From the NCBI GenBank assembly GCA_032249055.1, contig JAVVGP010000001.1:167-32166 (forward strand): a stretch of 32,000 nucleotides of DNA. The letters run 5' to 3'. The notes under the pieces were generated by a model. The model saw nothing but the letters and a program-made list of their open reading frames with translations, searched no databases and was not told the origin of the DNA. The position numbers and the translations under genes are program-made. This document shows, piece after piece, positions 1 to 9,238 of the stretch. The DNA comes from Thermoproteota archaeon (GTDB lineage Archaea; Thermoproteota; Thermoprotei; Gearchaeales; Gearchaeaceae). Every line of letters starts with the position of its first letter. The first letter of the stretch is position 1.

Positions 1-240
1 ATATATTTTTGCATTAGCTCTTAATTGTTCAATTAAAAATTGAGCATCAGCCACAGCACCAGCTATTGTAGCTACTATATGTTCATCAATTTGCAAAATT
101 TTTTTCCCAGTTTTATGAGCTACTTTTTTACTATATGCATCAGAAACTCTTCTATCTGCACCTAGAATTATTCCTTCTTTGTAAGTTATTCCTATAGTTG
201 TTGTTCCTGTTATAAATCTCTTATCAATCTTATTTAACAT
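1..240 (-). CDS. psmB: Archaeal proteasome beta subunit, catalytic-type (N-terminal part; truncated by window edge)
   Basis: Minus-strand translation from ATG at 240: MLNKIDKRFITGTTTIGITYKEGIILGADRRVSDAYSKKVAHKTGKKILQIDEHIVATIAGAVADAQFLIEQLRANAKIY. It has a short propeptide ending in G, then TTTIGI (Thr1), GADRR (Asp17) and TGKK. Confidence 0.93.
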   Translation of the reverse strand, partial: MLNKIDKRFITGTTTIGITYKEGIILGADRRVSDAYSKKVAHKTGKKILQIDEHIVATIAGAVADAQFLIEQLRANAKIY

Positions 241-336
241 TCATTTCACCTTATATAGAACTAATTAAAATTTGTAAAATACAACTTATAAACTTTTGCT
301 TAGCTTGTCGGTATGCTTAAAGATTTTTTCAAATCT

Positions 337-1077
337 TTAGCTTGTTAATTTTCTTTCCTGTATTTCCTTTGGTTTCTCTTTTTCTATTATAAACTTTATA
401 TTAACAATATTAGGTATTGTTTCTTCTATTTCTCTTATTAATATTTTTAGAGCAGGAGCCAATTCGCTATAATTTAATACATCTTCAGTGAATTTAATAG
501 TCAGCGAATTTTCTTCAATATTTATGTTTACTTTTTCTTTTTCTATTGTTTTTATTCGTCTTAATGTCAAATACAAAATTTTTTCCTCTAAGTTTTCTAT
601 CTTCTTTTTTGGTATAATGTGATATACTAAAGTTTTTCCTGCTAACGGATGATTAAAGTCTACAACTACTCTACCTCCGCTGACAGTTATTATAGTTGCT
701 TCTTGATCCCTTATTTTTATTCTTTGACCTGCACGCGGTAAAATTCCTTCTTTAGAAAGTTCTTTAGCATTAATTACTTTAATTTTCTGTGGTTCACGTA
801 TGCCAAAAGCAAATTGAGGAGGTACTTCGATTGTATTTTTAATTCCTAATATTATACCGTTTTTTATAATTTCTTCTTCGACATATTTTTGGAAATAACC
901 TTTGCCTAATATTACTAATAAAGGTTCAAATCTCATCTCTTCTTTAGCATATTTTTCTTTTTTTGCTATTTCTTCTATGTTTGTATCTAGTAATTCATTT
1001 GTATCTTTCAAACGTATTTCATAGTCTATTAACAAAAAATCACCTTCATTTACTAAGACCTTATTTTTTTCTGCCAT
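337..1077 (-). CDS. FKBP-type peptidyl-prolyl cis-trans isomerase (SlyD-like, archaeal long form)
   Basis: 246-aa ORF. The N-terminus KVLVNEGDFLLIDYEIRLKDTNELLDTN... with ...LLVILGKG...GIKNTIEVPPQFAFGIREP is typical of the FKBP/SlyD family. Confidence 0.88.
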   Translation of the reverse strand: MAEKNKVLVNEGDFLLIDYEIRLKDTNELLDTNIEEIAKKEKYAKEEMRFEPLLVILGKGYFQKYVEEEIIKNGIILGIKNTIEVPPQFAFGIREPQKIKVINAKELSKEGILPRAGQRIKIRDQEATIITVSGGRVVVDFNHPLAGKTLVYHIIPKKKIENLEEKILYLTLRRIKTIEKEKVNINIEENSLTIKFTEDVLNYSELAPALKILIREIEETIPNIVNIKFIIEKEKPKEIQERKLTS

Positions 1078-1109
1078 GGCAAGATATCTAAAAATATTCG
1101 ATAAAGATT

Positions 1110-1631
1110 TTAAGCTTTAAGTAGTAGTAATTCTGCGTAAGTTTCTTTGATAATTCTGTCTTTAGTTATTCCTATATTGTTTAATTTATTAATTAAATCT
1201 TTAAAATCCTCTTCTTTATCTATCTCTATTTCTATGAAGATTCCAAGATTCGAAACATAATCTATATATAATTTATTTTTATTCAGCAAATATTCTCTTC
1301 TCTTTTTCTTTATTATAAGAGTTTTTTTGAAATTTAATTTTGTAAGTATCTCTTCCATTAGAATAGGATCCGAAATTTCGACTGTTATTTCTTTTCGAAT
1401 TTTGCTATTATTCTCTTCTCTTTTTCCTTTAAAAGATAAATAATACTTGCCATTCTCTTCTCTTATTCTTAGGACTTCATCTCTTAGAAATAAATCATGT
1501 GTAGGTAAATCATAGTAATAGTCTACTTGTTCATATTCTTTCATAAACGTAGGATTAAAATACTTAAGAATTTTGGATATTTCATTTTCATCTTTTATCT
1601 TTATCTTTATTTCCTTTTCTAAAGTTTGCAT
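1110..1631 (-). CDS. CYTH domain protein (class IV adenylate cyclase/thiamine-triphosphatase-like)
   Basis: 173-aa ORF with the N-terminal EKEIKIKIK (ExExK) motif, LRIREENGKYYLSFKGKR and IEIEIDKEEDF, all typical of CYTH proteins. Confidence 0.82.
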   Translation of the reverse strand: MQTLEKEIKIKIKDENEISKILKYFNPTFMKEYEQVDYYYDLPTHDLFLRDEVLRIREENGKYYLSFKGKREENNSKIRKEITVEISDPILMEEILTKLNFKKTLIIKKKRREYLLNKNKLYIDYVSNLGIFIEIEIDKEEDFKDLINKLNNIGITKDRIIKETYAELLLLKA

Positions 1632-1853
1632 AAAATATTAATTTAAGGATTTTTTATGAAACTTTTAATTATATGTTAAAAATACTAGAAAGTCGGAAGT
1701 AATTAAACGAATAGTATAAGTACAGGATTGATACACTTAAATTTTGCTATTTCGTTGTAAAAAGACGCCAAATTTGGTATAGTGAAATTTAAAGGAATGT
1801 GAAAAATATATCATTTCGAAGCTAAAGAAGAATAACGATTTTATTGCTTTGAT

Positions 1854-1863
1854 TTTTTATATG
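1854..1863 (+). promoter_or_regulatory. Candidate TATA box for the DUF62-rtcA-psmB transcription unit
   Basis: TTTTTATATG lies about 25-30 nt upstream of ATG 1886, consistent with a near-leaderless transcript. Pattern only. Confidence 0.4.
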
Positions 1864-1885
1864 ATATATTGAAATTAATAAAATT

Positions 1886-2671
1886 ATGATTTGTATTTTG
1901 TCAGATTTTGGAACTGAAAGTATTTACACCGCTGAAATGATAGGAGTAATCAAATCCATTAATCCTAAAGCTGAAGTTTTAATTTTAAAAAATAATATAA
2001 CAAGACATAATATTTTAGAGGGTGCTTTTATTATAAATGAAATTTCAAAATATTTTCCTCCAGGAACCATTTTTTTATGTGTCGTTGATCCAACAGTAGG
2101 ATCTTCAAGACCATCAATAATTTTGGTTACAAAAAGAAATATTTACGTAGGTCCAGATAATGGCTTATTCTATTACGTTGCTAAAAATGAAGGTATACTT
2201 TCCATTTACAAAATTGAAATTTCAAAAATATTTGATAATATTTCAATGACTTTTCACGGAAGGGATGTGTTTGCTAAGGTTGCAGCCATGTTAGATATGG
2301 GGTTTAGACCAGATTTTTTTGGTACTCTTGTAAATTATATTACGGAATCGGAAATAGAAAAACCATTAATAATTAATGAATCAGTTTTAGGAAAAATTAT
2401 ATACATTGATGATTTTGGTAATTTGATAACTAATATATCGAAAAATGACCTCATAAAAGCTAATCTAGCAACAGTTAGTCAATTAAAGGTTAATATTAAT
2501 AATGTTGAATATAAATTACCTTTTGTTCGAACATATTCCGAAGTAAGTGTAGGTTCACCTCTTATTTTAATAAATAGCTTCAACTTAGTCGAGTTAGCTA
2601 TTAACCAAGGTGATGCTAAGAAATTTTTTAAAGTAAACGTTAATGATTACCTTCAAATTAGCAAAGTATGA
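1886..2671 (+). CDS. SAM hydroxide adenosyltransferase (DUF62 family)
   Basis: 261-aa ORF with [52 protein letters not shown] and [11 protein letters not shown], the DUF62/SAM adenosyltransferase signatures. Confidence 0.92.
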   Translation: MICILSDFGTESIYTAEMIGVIKSINPKAEVLILKNNITRHNILEGAFIINEISKYFPPGTIFLCVVDPTVGSSRPSIILVTKRNIYVGPDNGLFYYVAKNEGILSIYKIEISKIFDNISMTFHGRDVFAKVAAMLDMGFRPDFFGTLVNYITESEIEKPLIINESVLGKIIYIDDFGNLITNISKNDLIKANLATVSQLKVNINNVEYKLPFVRTYSEVSVGSPLILINSFNLVELAINQGDAKKFFKVNVNDYLQISKV

Positions 2672-3726
2672 TAAAAATAGATGGGAGTTTTGGTGAAGGA
2701 GGAGGCCAAATATTACGAACAGCAGTTGCATTATCAGCAATAACCGGAAAACCAATACATATATATAACATAAGGTCTAAAAGGGATAAACCAGGTTTAA
2801 GACCTCAGCATCTTACAGCTGTTAAGGCTATAGCAGAAATATGTAACGCTAAAGTGGAAGGATTAAAAATAGAGTCAAAGGAAATAACCTTTATTCCTGG
2901 AAGTATTTCAGCAAAAAATTATGAAATTAATGTTGGAACCGCAGGTTCAGTTACTCTAGTCCTTCAAGCTCTTCTTCCTGTTTTAAACTTTGCAGAAAGA
3001 CCGATTTTTATTCGCCTTATAGGTGGTACCGAGGTGCCTAAATCTCCCACATTTTCTTACTTTAAAAATGTTCTCTTACATTATTTAACTAAAATGGGTC
3101 TCAATGTTAATGTTAATTTAATAAAACATGGTTTTTATCCTAAAGGAGGTGGTATTTTAGAAGTAAATTTAGAACCTTCAAAATTAAATGCATTAACTTA
3201 TGAAAAATTTGGTGAAGTAAAAGAAATATATTGCGAAGCTTATTCAGAAGGATTACCTGAACATGTAGTTATAAGAGAAGTAAATGAATGTTTAAGAATT
3301 TTAACTTCTTATAATATTTCAAATAAAATAATTAAAGTAAATCAAAAATCATTAAGTTTAGAAGAAAGTAAAGGAAATATTGGTAATTTCTTTTTTATTA
3401 TGAGTAGGAGTGTAACTGATGCAGTAATAGGATATGATAGCATAGGTTTAAAAGGGATACCTGCGGAAAAAGTTGCTAGAGAGCCTGTTCAAATGATGTT
3501 GGAAAATATATTTAATACTAATGCTCCTTTGGATCTTTTTGCTGGAGATCAAATATTAATATGGGCTTCTATTGCAAAGGGAAAAACTACTGTTAAAACA
3601 CATAAATTTACTTTACATGCCTTTACAACCTTACATATTCTAAAAGAAATTTTGGAAATTAAATATACTGTAGAAGGTAAATTAGACGAGCCTGCATGTA
3701 TAATTATCGAAGGCAAAGGATTATAA
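2668..3726 (+). CDS. rtcA: RNA 3'-terminal phosphate cyclase
   Basis: 352-aa ORF starting [26 protein letters not shown], with [12 protein letters not shown]. Overlaps the upstream stop by 4 nt (ATGA). Confidence 0.96.
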   Translation: MIKIDGSFGEGGGQILRTAVALSAITGKPIHIYNIRSKRDKPGLRPQHLTAVKAIAEICNAKVEGLKIESKEITFIPGSISAKNYEINVGTAGSVTLVLQALLPVLNFAERPIFIRLIGGTEVPKSPTFSYFKNVLLHYLTKMGLNVNVNLIKHGFYPKGGGILEVNLEPSKLNALTYEKFGEVKEIYCEAYSEGLPEHVVIREVNECLRILTSYNISNKIIKVNQKSLSLEESKGNIGNFFFIMSRSVTDAVIGYDSIGLKGIPAEKVAREPVQMMLENIFNTNAPLDLFAGDQILIWASIAKGKTTVKTHKFTLHAFTTLHILKEILEIKYTVEGKLDEPACIIIEGKGL

Positions 3727-3759
3727 ATTAATTAATATTTTCTTAACTATTTTTAATCT

Positions 3760-4365
3760 ATGCCATATGATTTCGAATTTACAGGTGCTACTGTTGTAGG
3801 ACTCGTATATTCAACTGGAGTTGTTCTAGCAGGTGAAAAAAGAGTAGCAATAGGAAATTACCTTTTAAGTAAAACAGGTAAAAAAGTTTTTAAGGTTCTA
3901 GATAAAATAGGAATTGCAAGTGCGGGCATCTTAGCTGATATGCAAGCGATTGCTAAAATTTTAGCTGCAGATTTAAGACTATACGAACTTGAGAATAAAA
4001 GACAGGCCACAGTTAGAACTTCTGCTAAATTGTTGTCTAATATATTATATAGCAGAAAATATTTCCCCTATCTTGCATCAACAATAATAGGTGGAATAGA
4101 TAAAGAAGGTAAGCATTTATTTAGCTTAGATCCTATTGGTTCTTTAATTGAAGATAAATATACAGCATTAGGTAGCGGCTCAGAACTTGCATTAAGTGTA
4201 ATAGAAGGTGAATATGATGAAAAAATGACCTACGAAGAAGCTAAAAATTTGGCATATAAAGCAATAAAATTAGCTTGTGGAAGAGATGTTTTATCAGGTG
4301 ATGGTATAGATATGTTAATAATAGATATGGCAACTACTGATGAAATTTTCATTCCTTTGAAATAG
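3760..4365 (+). CDS. psmB: Proteasome beta subunit paralog lacking the catalytic Thr1
   Basis: 201-aa ORF: MPYDFEFTGATVVGLVYSTGVVLAGEKRVAIGNYLLSKTGKKVFKVLDKIGIASAGILADMQ..., ending with the GDGIDMLIID-type beta core. Aligned to TTTVGI, it reads ATVVGL. Confidence 0.93.
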   Translation: MPYDFEFTGATVVGLVYSTGVVLAGEKRVAIGNYLLSKTGKKVFKVLDKIGIASAGILADMQAIAKILAADLRLYELENKRQATVRTSAKLLSNILYSRKYFPYLASTIIGGIDKEGKHLFSLDPIGSLIEDKYTALGSGSELALSVIEGEYDEKMTYEEAKNLAYKAIKLACGRDVLSGDGIDMLIIDMATTDEIFIPLK

Positions 4366-5410
4366 TCATTTCAGAATAAACCAAATATTCGTTAATAAAT
4401 AAATTTAAAACCTTTTTAAACGAGATTTGCTGTATAAAGTAACCTTTCTGTTTTAATTTCTCTTCAAGATTTATTTTTACATCAAGATAATCTTCTTCTT
4501 TAGATATTGCGAATAGACAAAGTTTTCCTTTATTTTTTATTAATTGTAATGCAAGGTTTAGCATTTCTAAGTATTTATACGGCTTAGAAATTATAATTCT
4601 GTCAAATTTTCCGTTTAAATATTTCGTTTCAAAATTAAGGGTTTTCAAATAAACTGGAAAGACAAATTTTTCTACATTATTCAGCTTGATATTCTGTAAA
4701 AGATAAAAATACAGAGATAAAGTTTCTTCAAAAGCGTAAACTGTATTTTGAAATTTTTTGGCTATCAATATTGAAGTATAACCTGTTGTAGCACCAATTT
4801 CGGCTATTAATTCGCCAAATGTGATTTCGTTTGAAATTTTTCTTATAAATAACATTAATCTAGGGTCCGGAATATATTGTGTAAAATTAAATTGTATGGT
4901 TACATCCTTCTCTTTAAATTTGTATTCAGAAATCTCTCGCCCAAAAATTAATTGAGGTTTTATTCCTTTATAAATAAAATTAAGATTTTCTATTTTATAG
5001 ATAGCTTCAATATTTTTTTTAATCAATAAAAAGTACTCTATTGCATCTTTTTCAAATTCCTCTTCAATTTCAGCTATAACAATTCCATTAATAGACAAAT
5101 AACGTAAAGGAACTTTATTTATTAATTTTTTTTCTTTGATTTTATTAACAACTTCTTTTATCTTAAAAATTTTTCCCCTTGCAAGCATTTCTTTTTCAGT
5201 TAAAATGAACTCGTTTGTAATATTACGTATATCACTTATTTCCTTTTCTGATAAAGGTTTTTTTAAAGGAAAAAAGACGTAATTTTTTTCTCTTGAAACA
5301 TGATAAAGCCTATCAATTAAATCCAATTTATTTAAGAAATTTCTTATTTTTTCCGCATAATTTTTATTTACACCTAAAACAGGTTTCTTAAAATAATTTT
5401 TTTCTTTCAT
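4349..5410 (-). CDS. Divergent Trm5/TYW2-like class I SAM-dependent tRNA methyltransferase
   Basis: 353-aa ORF. The layout matches archaeal Trm5/Taw: an N-terminal D1-like part, then VTIQFNFTQYIPDPRLMLFIRKI (SPR motif region), FGELIAEIGATTGYTSILIAKK (motif I region) and FDRIIISKPYKYLEML (NLP region). Motifs are eroded. Confidence 0.65.
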   Translation of the reverse strand: MKEKNYFKKPVLGVNKNYAEKIRNFLNKLDLIDRLYHVSREKNYVFFPLKKPLSEKEISDIRNITNEFILTEKEMLARGKIFKIKEVVNKIKEKKLINKVPLRYLSINGIVIAEIEEEFEKDAIEYFLLIKKNIEAIYKIENLNFIYKGIKPQLIFGREISEYKFKEKDVTIQFNFTQYIPDPRLMLFIRKISNEITFGELIAEIGATTGYTSILIAKKFQNTVYAFEETLSLYFYLLQNIKLNNVEKFVFPVYLKTLNFETKYLNGKFDRIIISKPYKYLEMLNLALQLIKNKGKLCLFAISKEEDYLDVKINLEEKLKQKGYFIQQISFKKVLNLFINEYLVYSEMTISKE

Positions 5411-5415
5411 TAATA

Positions 5416-5489
5416 CGGGCGCGGCGGGATTCGAACCCGCGACCCTTGGGTTAAAAGCCCAATACTCTTCCTGGCTGAGCTACGCGCCC
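5416..5489 (-). tRNA. tRNA-Lys(TTT)
   Basis: The minus strand GGGCGCGTAGCTCAGCCAGGAAGAGTATTGGGCTTTTAACCCAAGGGTCGCGGGTTCGAATCCCGCCGCGCCCG folds into a full cloverleaf: 7-bp acceptor, anticodon stem TTGGG/CCCAA with loop CTTTTAA, T-arm GCGGG-TTCGAAT-CCCGC. Confidence 0.97.
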
Positions 5490-5591
5490 TTTAAATCTTC
5501 TATTATTTTATTTTTCTTATTTGCTTTAAATAAATAATTTTAATGGTGAAATTTTTATATTAGTTAATCTATATTATTTATTCAATCATTA

Positions 5592-5852
5592 ATGGGTAAG
5601 AAAGATTTTGATATTCTAGAACATGAATTAGTTCCAGAACATATTATACTTAGTAAAAAAGAAAAAATAAAACTTTTAAAGGAATTAAATATTAAACCTT
5701 ATCAATTACCATGGATATTAGTATCAGATCCTGTTTGTAAGAGAATAGGTGCTAAACCAGGAGATATAATAATGATAATAAGAAAAAGTCCTACTGCAGG
5801 TAAAACTGTTGCTTATCGTTATGTTGTACCTATAAGGACGAGGGAAGTATGA
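5592..5852 (+). CDS. rpoH: DNA-directed RNA polymerase subunit H (Rpo5)
   Basis: 86-aa ORF: [13 protein letters not shown]...[41 protein letters not shown], immediately upstream of rpoB. Confidence 0.97.
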   Translation: MGKKDFDILEHELVPEHIILSKKEKIKLLKELNIKPYQLPWILVSDPVCKRIGAKPGDIIMIIRKSPTAGKTVAYRYVVPIRTREV

Positions 5853-8800
5853 GTACGGAAATTACACGGGAAGATTTATGGGTGCTAGTAGAATCTTTCA
5901 TAAAAGAAAAAGGTTTAGCAAGATTACATCTTGATTCTTATAACGATTTTATTAGGAAAGGTTTACAGCAAATTGTTGATGAGAATAAAATTATCCAAAT
6001 AATGATAAAAACAACAACAGGACAAAGGGAGGCTGTGGAAGGAAGCTATATTGTCTTAGGTAAAATAACTGTGGAAGAGCCAAAAATTAGGGAAGCCAAA
6101 GGTTTTGAAATTAAACTTACTCCAGCAGAATGCAGACTTAGGGGTTTAACTTATGCAGCTCCATTAATGCTTGAAATGGAATTAGTATTGGATAATGTTA
6201 ATAGACAAAAAGGCAAGTTTTTAATTGGCTATTTGCCTGTAATGGTTAAATCTGATATATGCTATTATTCTAAGCTTAGCAAAGAAGAATTAATAGCATT
6301 AGGTGAAGATCCTGAAGATCCTGGAGGTTATTTTATTATTAATGGTTCTGAAAGGGTAATTGTTGCGCAGGAAGATTTGGCAGAAAATAGAATAATTGTT
6401 ACAGCCGCTCAAAAAGGATCTTCTGCAACACATGTAGCTAAAGTAATTTCTGCAACACCTGGTCAAAGAGTACCTACTTTGGTAGAAAGGCGCAGAGATG
6501 GTTCTTTATATGTCTCATTTGCAGCTATTCCAGCTAAAATACCACTAGTAATAATGTTAAGAGCATTAGGTTTAGTTTCAGACAGCGAAATTATAGAAGC
6601 TGTATCAACAAAACCTGAAATTGTAAATGAACTTTATGTTTCATTATTCCAAGCCGAAAAAATTAGAAATCAAGATGAAGCATTGGAATATATTGGTAAT
6701 AGAATAGCTCACGGAAGACCTTTAGAAAAAAGAAAAGAGGCTGCTGAAAATGTTCTTGATAAAAACTTTTTACCTCATATTGGAACAACTAAGGATAAAA
6801 GATTAGCTAAAGCTCAGTTTTTAGCTCAAATGGCTAGAAAAGTAATAGAAGCATATTTAGGCTTGGTACCTTTAGATGATAAGGATCATTATAAAAATAA
6901 AAGATTAAAGCTTGCAGGAGATTTATTAGCTATATTATTTAGGAGTGTTTTCAAGCAATTTATAAGAGATTTACAATACCAAATTGAAAAAACACTTTCG
7001 AAAACTCGCGAAAAATCAGCCTTTACTGATTTAAGTAATTTAATAAGATCTGATATAATAACTGAAAAAATATTATATGCCTTAGCAACAGGTAATTGGA
7101 TAGGAGGAAAAACAGGTGTTAGTCAACTTCTTGATAGAACAAATTATTTATCTACATTAAGTCATTTAAGAAGATGTGTTTCACCGTTAAGTAGAACGCA
7201 GCCGCATTTTGAAGCTCGAGATTTGCATTTCACTCAATGGGGAAGGATTTGTCCTATAGAGACTCCTGAAGGTCCTAATTGTGGTTTGGTTAAAAATTTA
7301 GCTTTACTTGCAAGAATTTCTGTAGGAGGTCATGCTGAAAGAGTAAAAGAAATTTTAAAAAGCAAATTAGGACTTTTACCTCCTACTGAAAAAGGAGAGG
7401 ATTTAACTCCAGTTTATGTTGATGGTGAGCTTGTAGGAAAGCATAAAAATCCTGAACAGTTAGTCAATAATTTAAGGAAATTAAGAAGAAAGAAATCACC
7501 TTTTTCAGAAGCTGAGCTTAGTTTCGAGGTAAATGTTGTATTATATAAAAAGCCTGCTGGAAGTGAGGTATACATTAATACAGATGGTGGTAGAGTATTA
7601 AGGCCACTATTAATAGTGGAAAATGGTAAACTAAAATTAACTAAACAACATATTGAAATGGTAAAACGTGGAGAATTAAGCTGGAGTGACCTTGTTGGAT
7701 ATGCGATTGAGTATCTTGATGCCGAGGAGGAAGAAAATGCTTATATTAGTATAGATATTAATTCAATAACAAAGGAACATAATTATGCTGAATTTCCAGC
7801 AGCAACATTATTCGGGGTTGTTGCTTCTATAATACCATATGCGGAACATAATCATTCTCCAAGAAATACTTTTGAGGCTGCGATGGGTAAACAAGCATTA
7901 GGTTTACCTGTATCAAATATTCATAGAACAGCATATACCCGTTTACATTTACTTTATTATCCACAAATCCCATTGGTTTATACTAAACCATTAAAATTAA
8001 TAGGTTTAGAGAAGAGACCTACAGGTCAAAATATGGTAGTTGCTGTATTATCTTATACAGGCTACAATATCCAAGATGCCGTAATAATAAGTAAATCTGC
8101 TGTGGATAGAGGTTTAGCTAGATCATTATTTATGAGATTATATGAAGCAGAAGAACATAGATATGCTGGAGGAGAGAGTGATCGTATAGAAATACCTCAG
8201 CCAGGTGTAAGAGGATACTATTCTCATGAATTTTATGCAAAACTTGAAGATGATGGCATAATATTACCTGAAGTGGAAGTAAAAGGAGGAGATGTTCTCA
8301 TAGGTAAGACCAGTCCGCCAAGATTTGCTGAAGAATTTAAAGAGTTTGGTCCTGCAGCTCGTAGGGATACTTCTGTAACATTAAGACATGAAGAAAAAGG
8401 AGTTGTAGATACTGTATTGCTTAGTAATACTATAGAAGGTAACGTTTTAGTTAGAGTTCGTGTAAGGGATGAAAGAATACCTGAAATAGGAGATAAATTT
8501 GCATCAAGACATGGTCAAAAAGGAGTAATAGGGATACTTTTGAACCAAGAAGATATGCCTTTCACTGAAAGTGGAATAGTTCCTGATTTAATAATTAATC
8601 CACATGCAATTCCTTCAAGAATGACTATAGGTCAGTTACTTGAAACAATAGCAGGTAAATATGCAGCATTAAAAGCTGAGCAGGTTGATGGTACACCTTT
8701 TGAAAGCGTAAAAGAAGATTTTATCAGAAAAGAATTGGAAAGATACGGTTTTAAATCTACAGGAAAAGAGGTCATGTATAATGGGTTAACTGGTGAAAAA

Positions 8801-9238
8801 ATGATAGCAGAAGTTTTTATTGGAATAGTTTATTATCAAAAGCTACATCACATGGTTAGCGATAAAATCCATGCAAGAGCAAGAGGTCCTGTTCAAATAC
8901 TTACTAGACAACCTACAGAAGGTAGAGCAAGAGAAGGAGGACTACGTTTCGGAGAAATGGAAAGGGATTGCTTAATTGCTCACGGGGCATCAAATTCATT
9001 AAGGGATAGATTGCTCGAAGCTTCTGATCCAACATATATTTATGTCTGTAAGAAATGTAATGCTTTAGCTTACTTTGATTTCAAAAGGAATGTTACGACA
9101 TGTCATTTCTGCGGCCCACATAATGATATAGTAAAAGTTAAAACAGCTTATGCATTTAAGTTACTATTACAAGAATTAATGAGTATGTGTATTATGCCAC
9201 GTATAATAGTAGAAGAGGCGATTAAAAAATGGAAATAG
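5849..9238 (+). CDS. rpoB: DNA-directed RNA polymerase subunit B (Rpo2), unsplit
   Basis: 1129-aa ORF with [41 protein letters not shown]-like [17 protein letters not shown] and a C-terminal zinc-binding [22 protein letters not shown]. Confidence 0.99.
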   Translation: MSTEITREDLWVLVESFIKEKGLARLHLDSYNDFIRKGLQQIVDENKIIQIMIKTTTGQREAVEGSYIVLGKITVEEPKIREAKGFEIKLTPAECRLRGLTYAAPLMLEMELVLDNVNRQKGKFLIGYLPVMVKSDICYYSKLSKEELIALGEDPEDPGGYFIINGSERVIVAQEDLAENRIIVTAAQKGSSATHVAKVISATPGQRVPTLVERRRDGSLYVSFAAIPAKIPLVIMLRALGLVSDSEIIEAVSTKPEIVNELYVSLFQAEKIRNQDEALEYIGNRIAHGRPLEKRKEAAENVLDKNFLPHIGTTKDKRLAKAQFLAQMARKVIEAYLGLVPLDDKDHYKNKRLKLAGDLLAILFRSVFKQFIRDLQYQIEKTLSKTREKSAFTDLSNLIRSDIITEKILYALATGNWIGGKTGVSQLLDRTNYLSTLSHLRRCVSPLSRTQPHFEARDLHFTQWGRICPIETPEGPNCGLVKNLALLARISVGGHAERVKEILKSKLGLLPPTEKGEDLTPVYVDGELVGKHKNPEQLVNNLRKLRRKKSPFSEAELSFEVNVVLYKKPAGSEVYINTDGGRVLRPLLIVENGKLKLTKQHIEMVKRGELSWSDLVGYAIEYLDAEEEENAYISIDINSITKEHNYAEFPAATLFGVVASIIPYAEHNHSPRNTFEAAMGKQALGLPVSNIHRTAYTRLHLLYYPQIPLVYTKPLKLIGLEKRPTGQNMVVAVLSYTGYNIQDAVIISKSAVDRGLARSLFMRLYEAEEHRYAGGESDRIEIPQPGVRGYYSHEFYAKLEDDGIILPEVEVKGGDVLIGKTSPPRFAEEFKEFGPAARRDTSVTLRHEEKGVVDTVLLSNTIEGNVLVRVRVRDERIPEIGDKFASRHGQKGVIGILLNQEDMPFTESGIVPDLIINPHAIPSRMTIGQLLETIAGKYAALKAEQVDGTPFESVKEDFIRKELERYGFKSTGKEVMYNGLTGEKMIAEVFIGIVYYQKLHHMVSDKIHARARGPVQILTRQPTEGRAREGGLRFGEMERDCLIAHGASNSLRDRLLEASDPTYIYVCKKCNALAYFDFKRNVTTCHFCGPHNDIVKVKTAYAFKLLLQELMSMCIMPRIIVEEAIKKWK

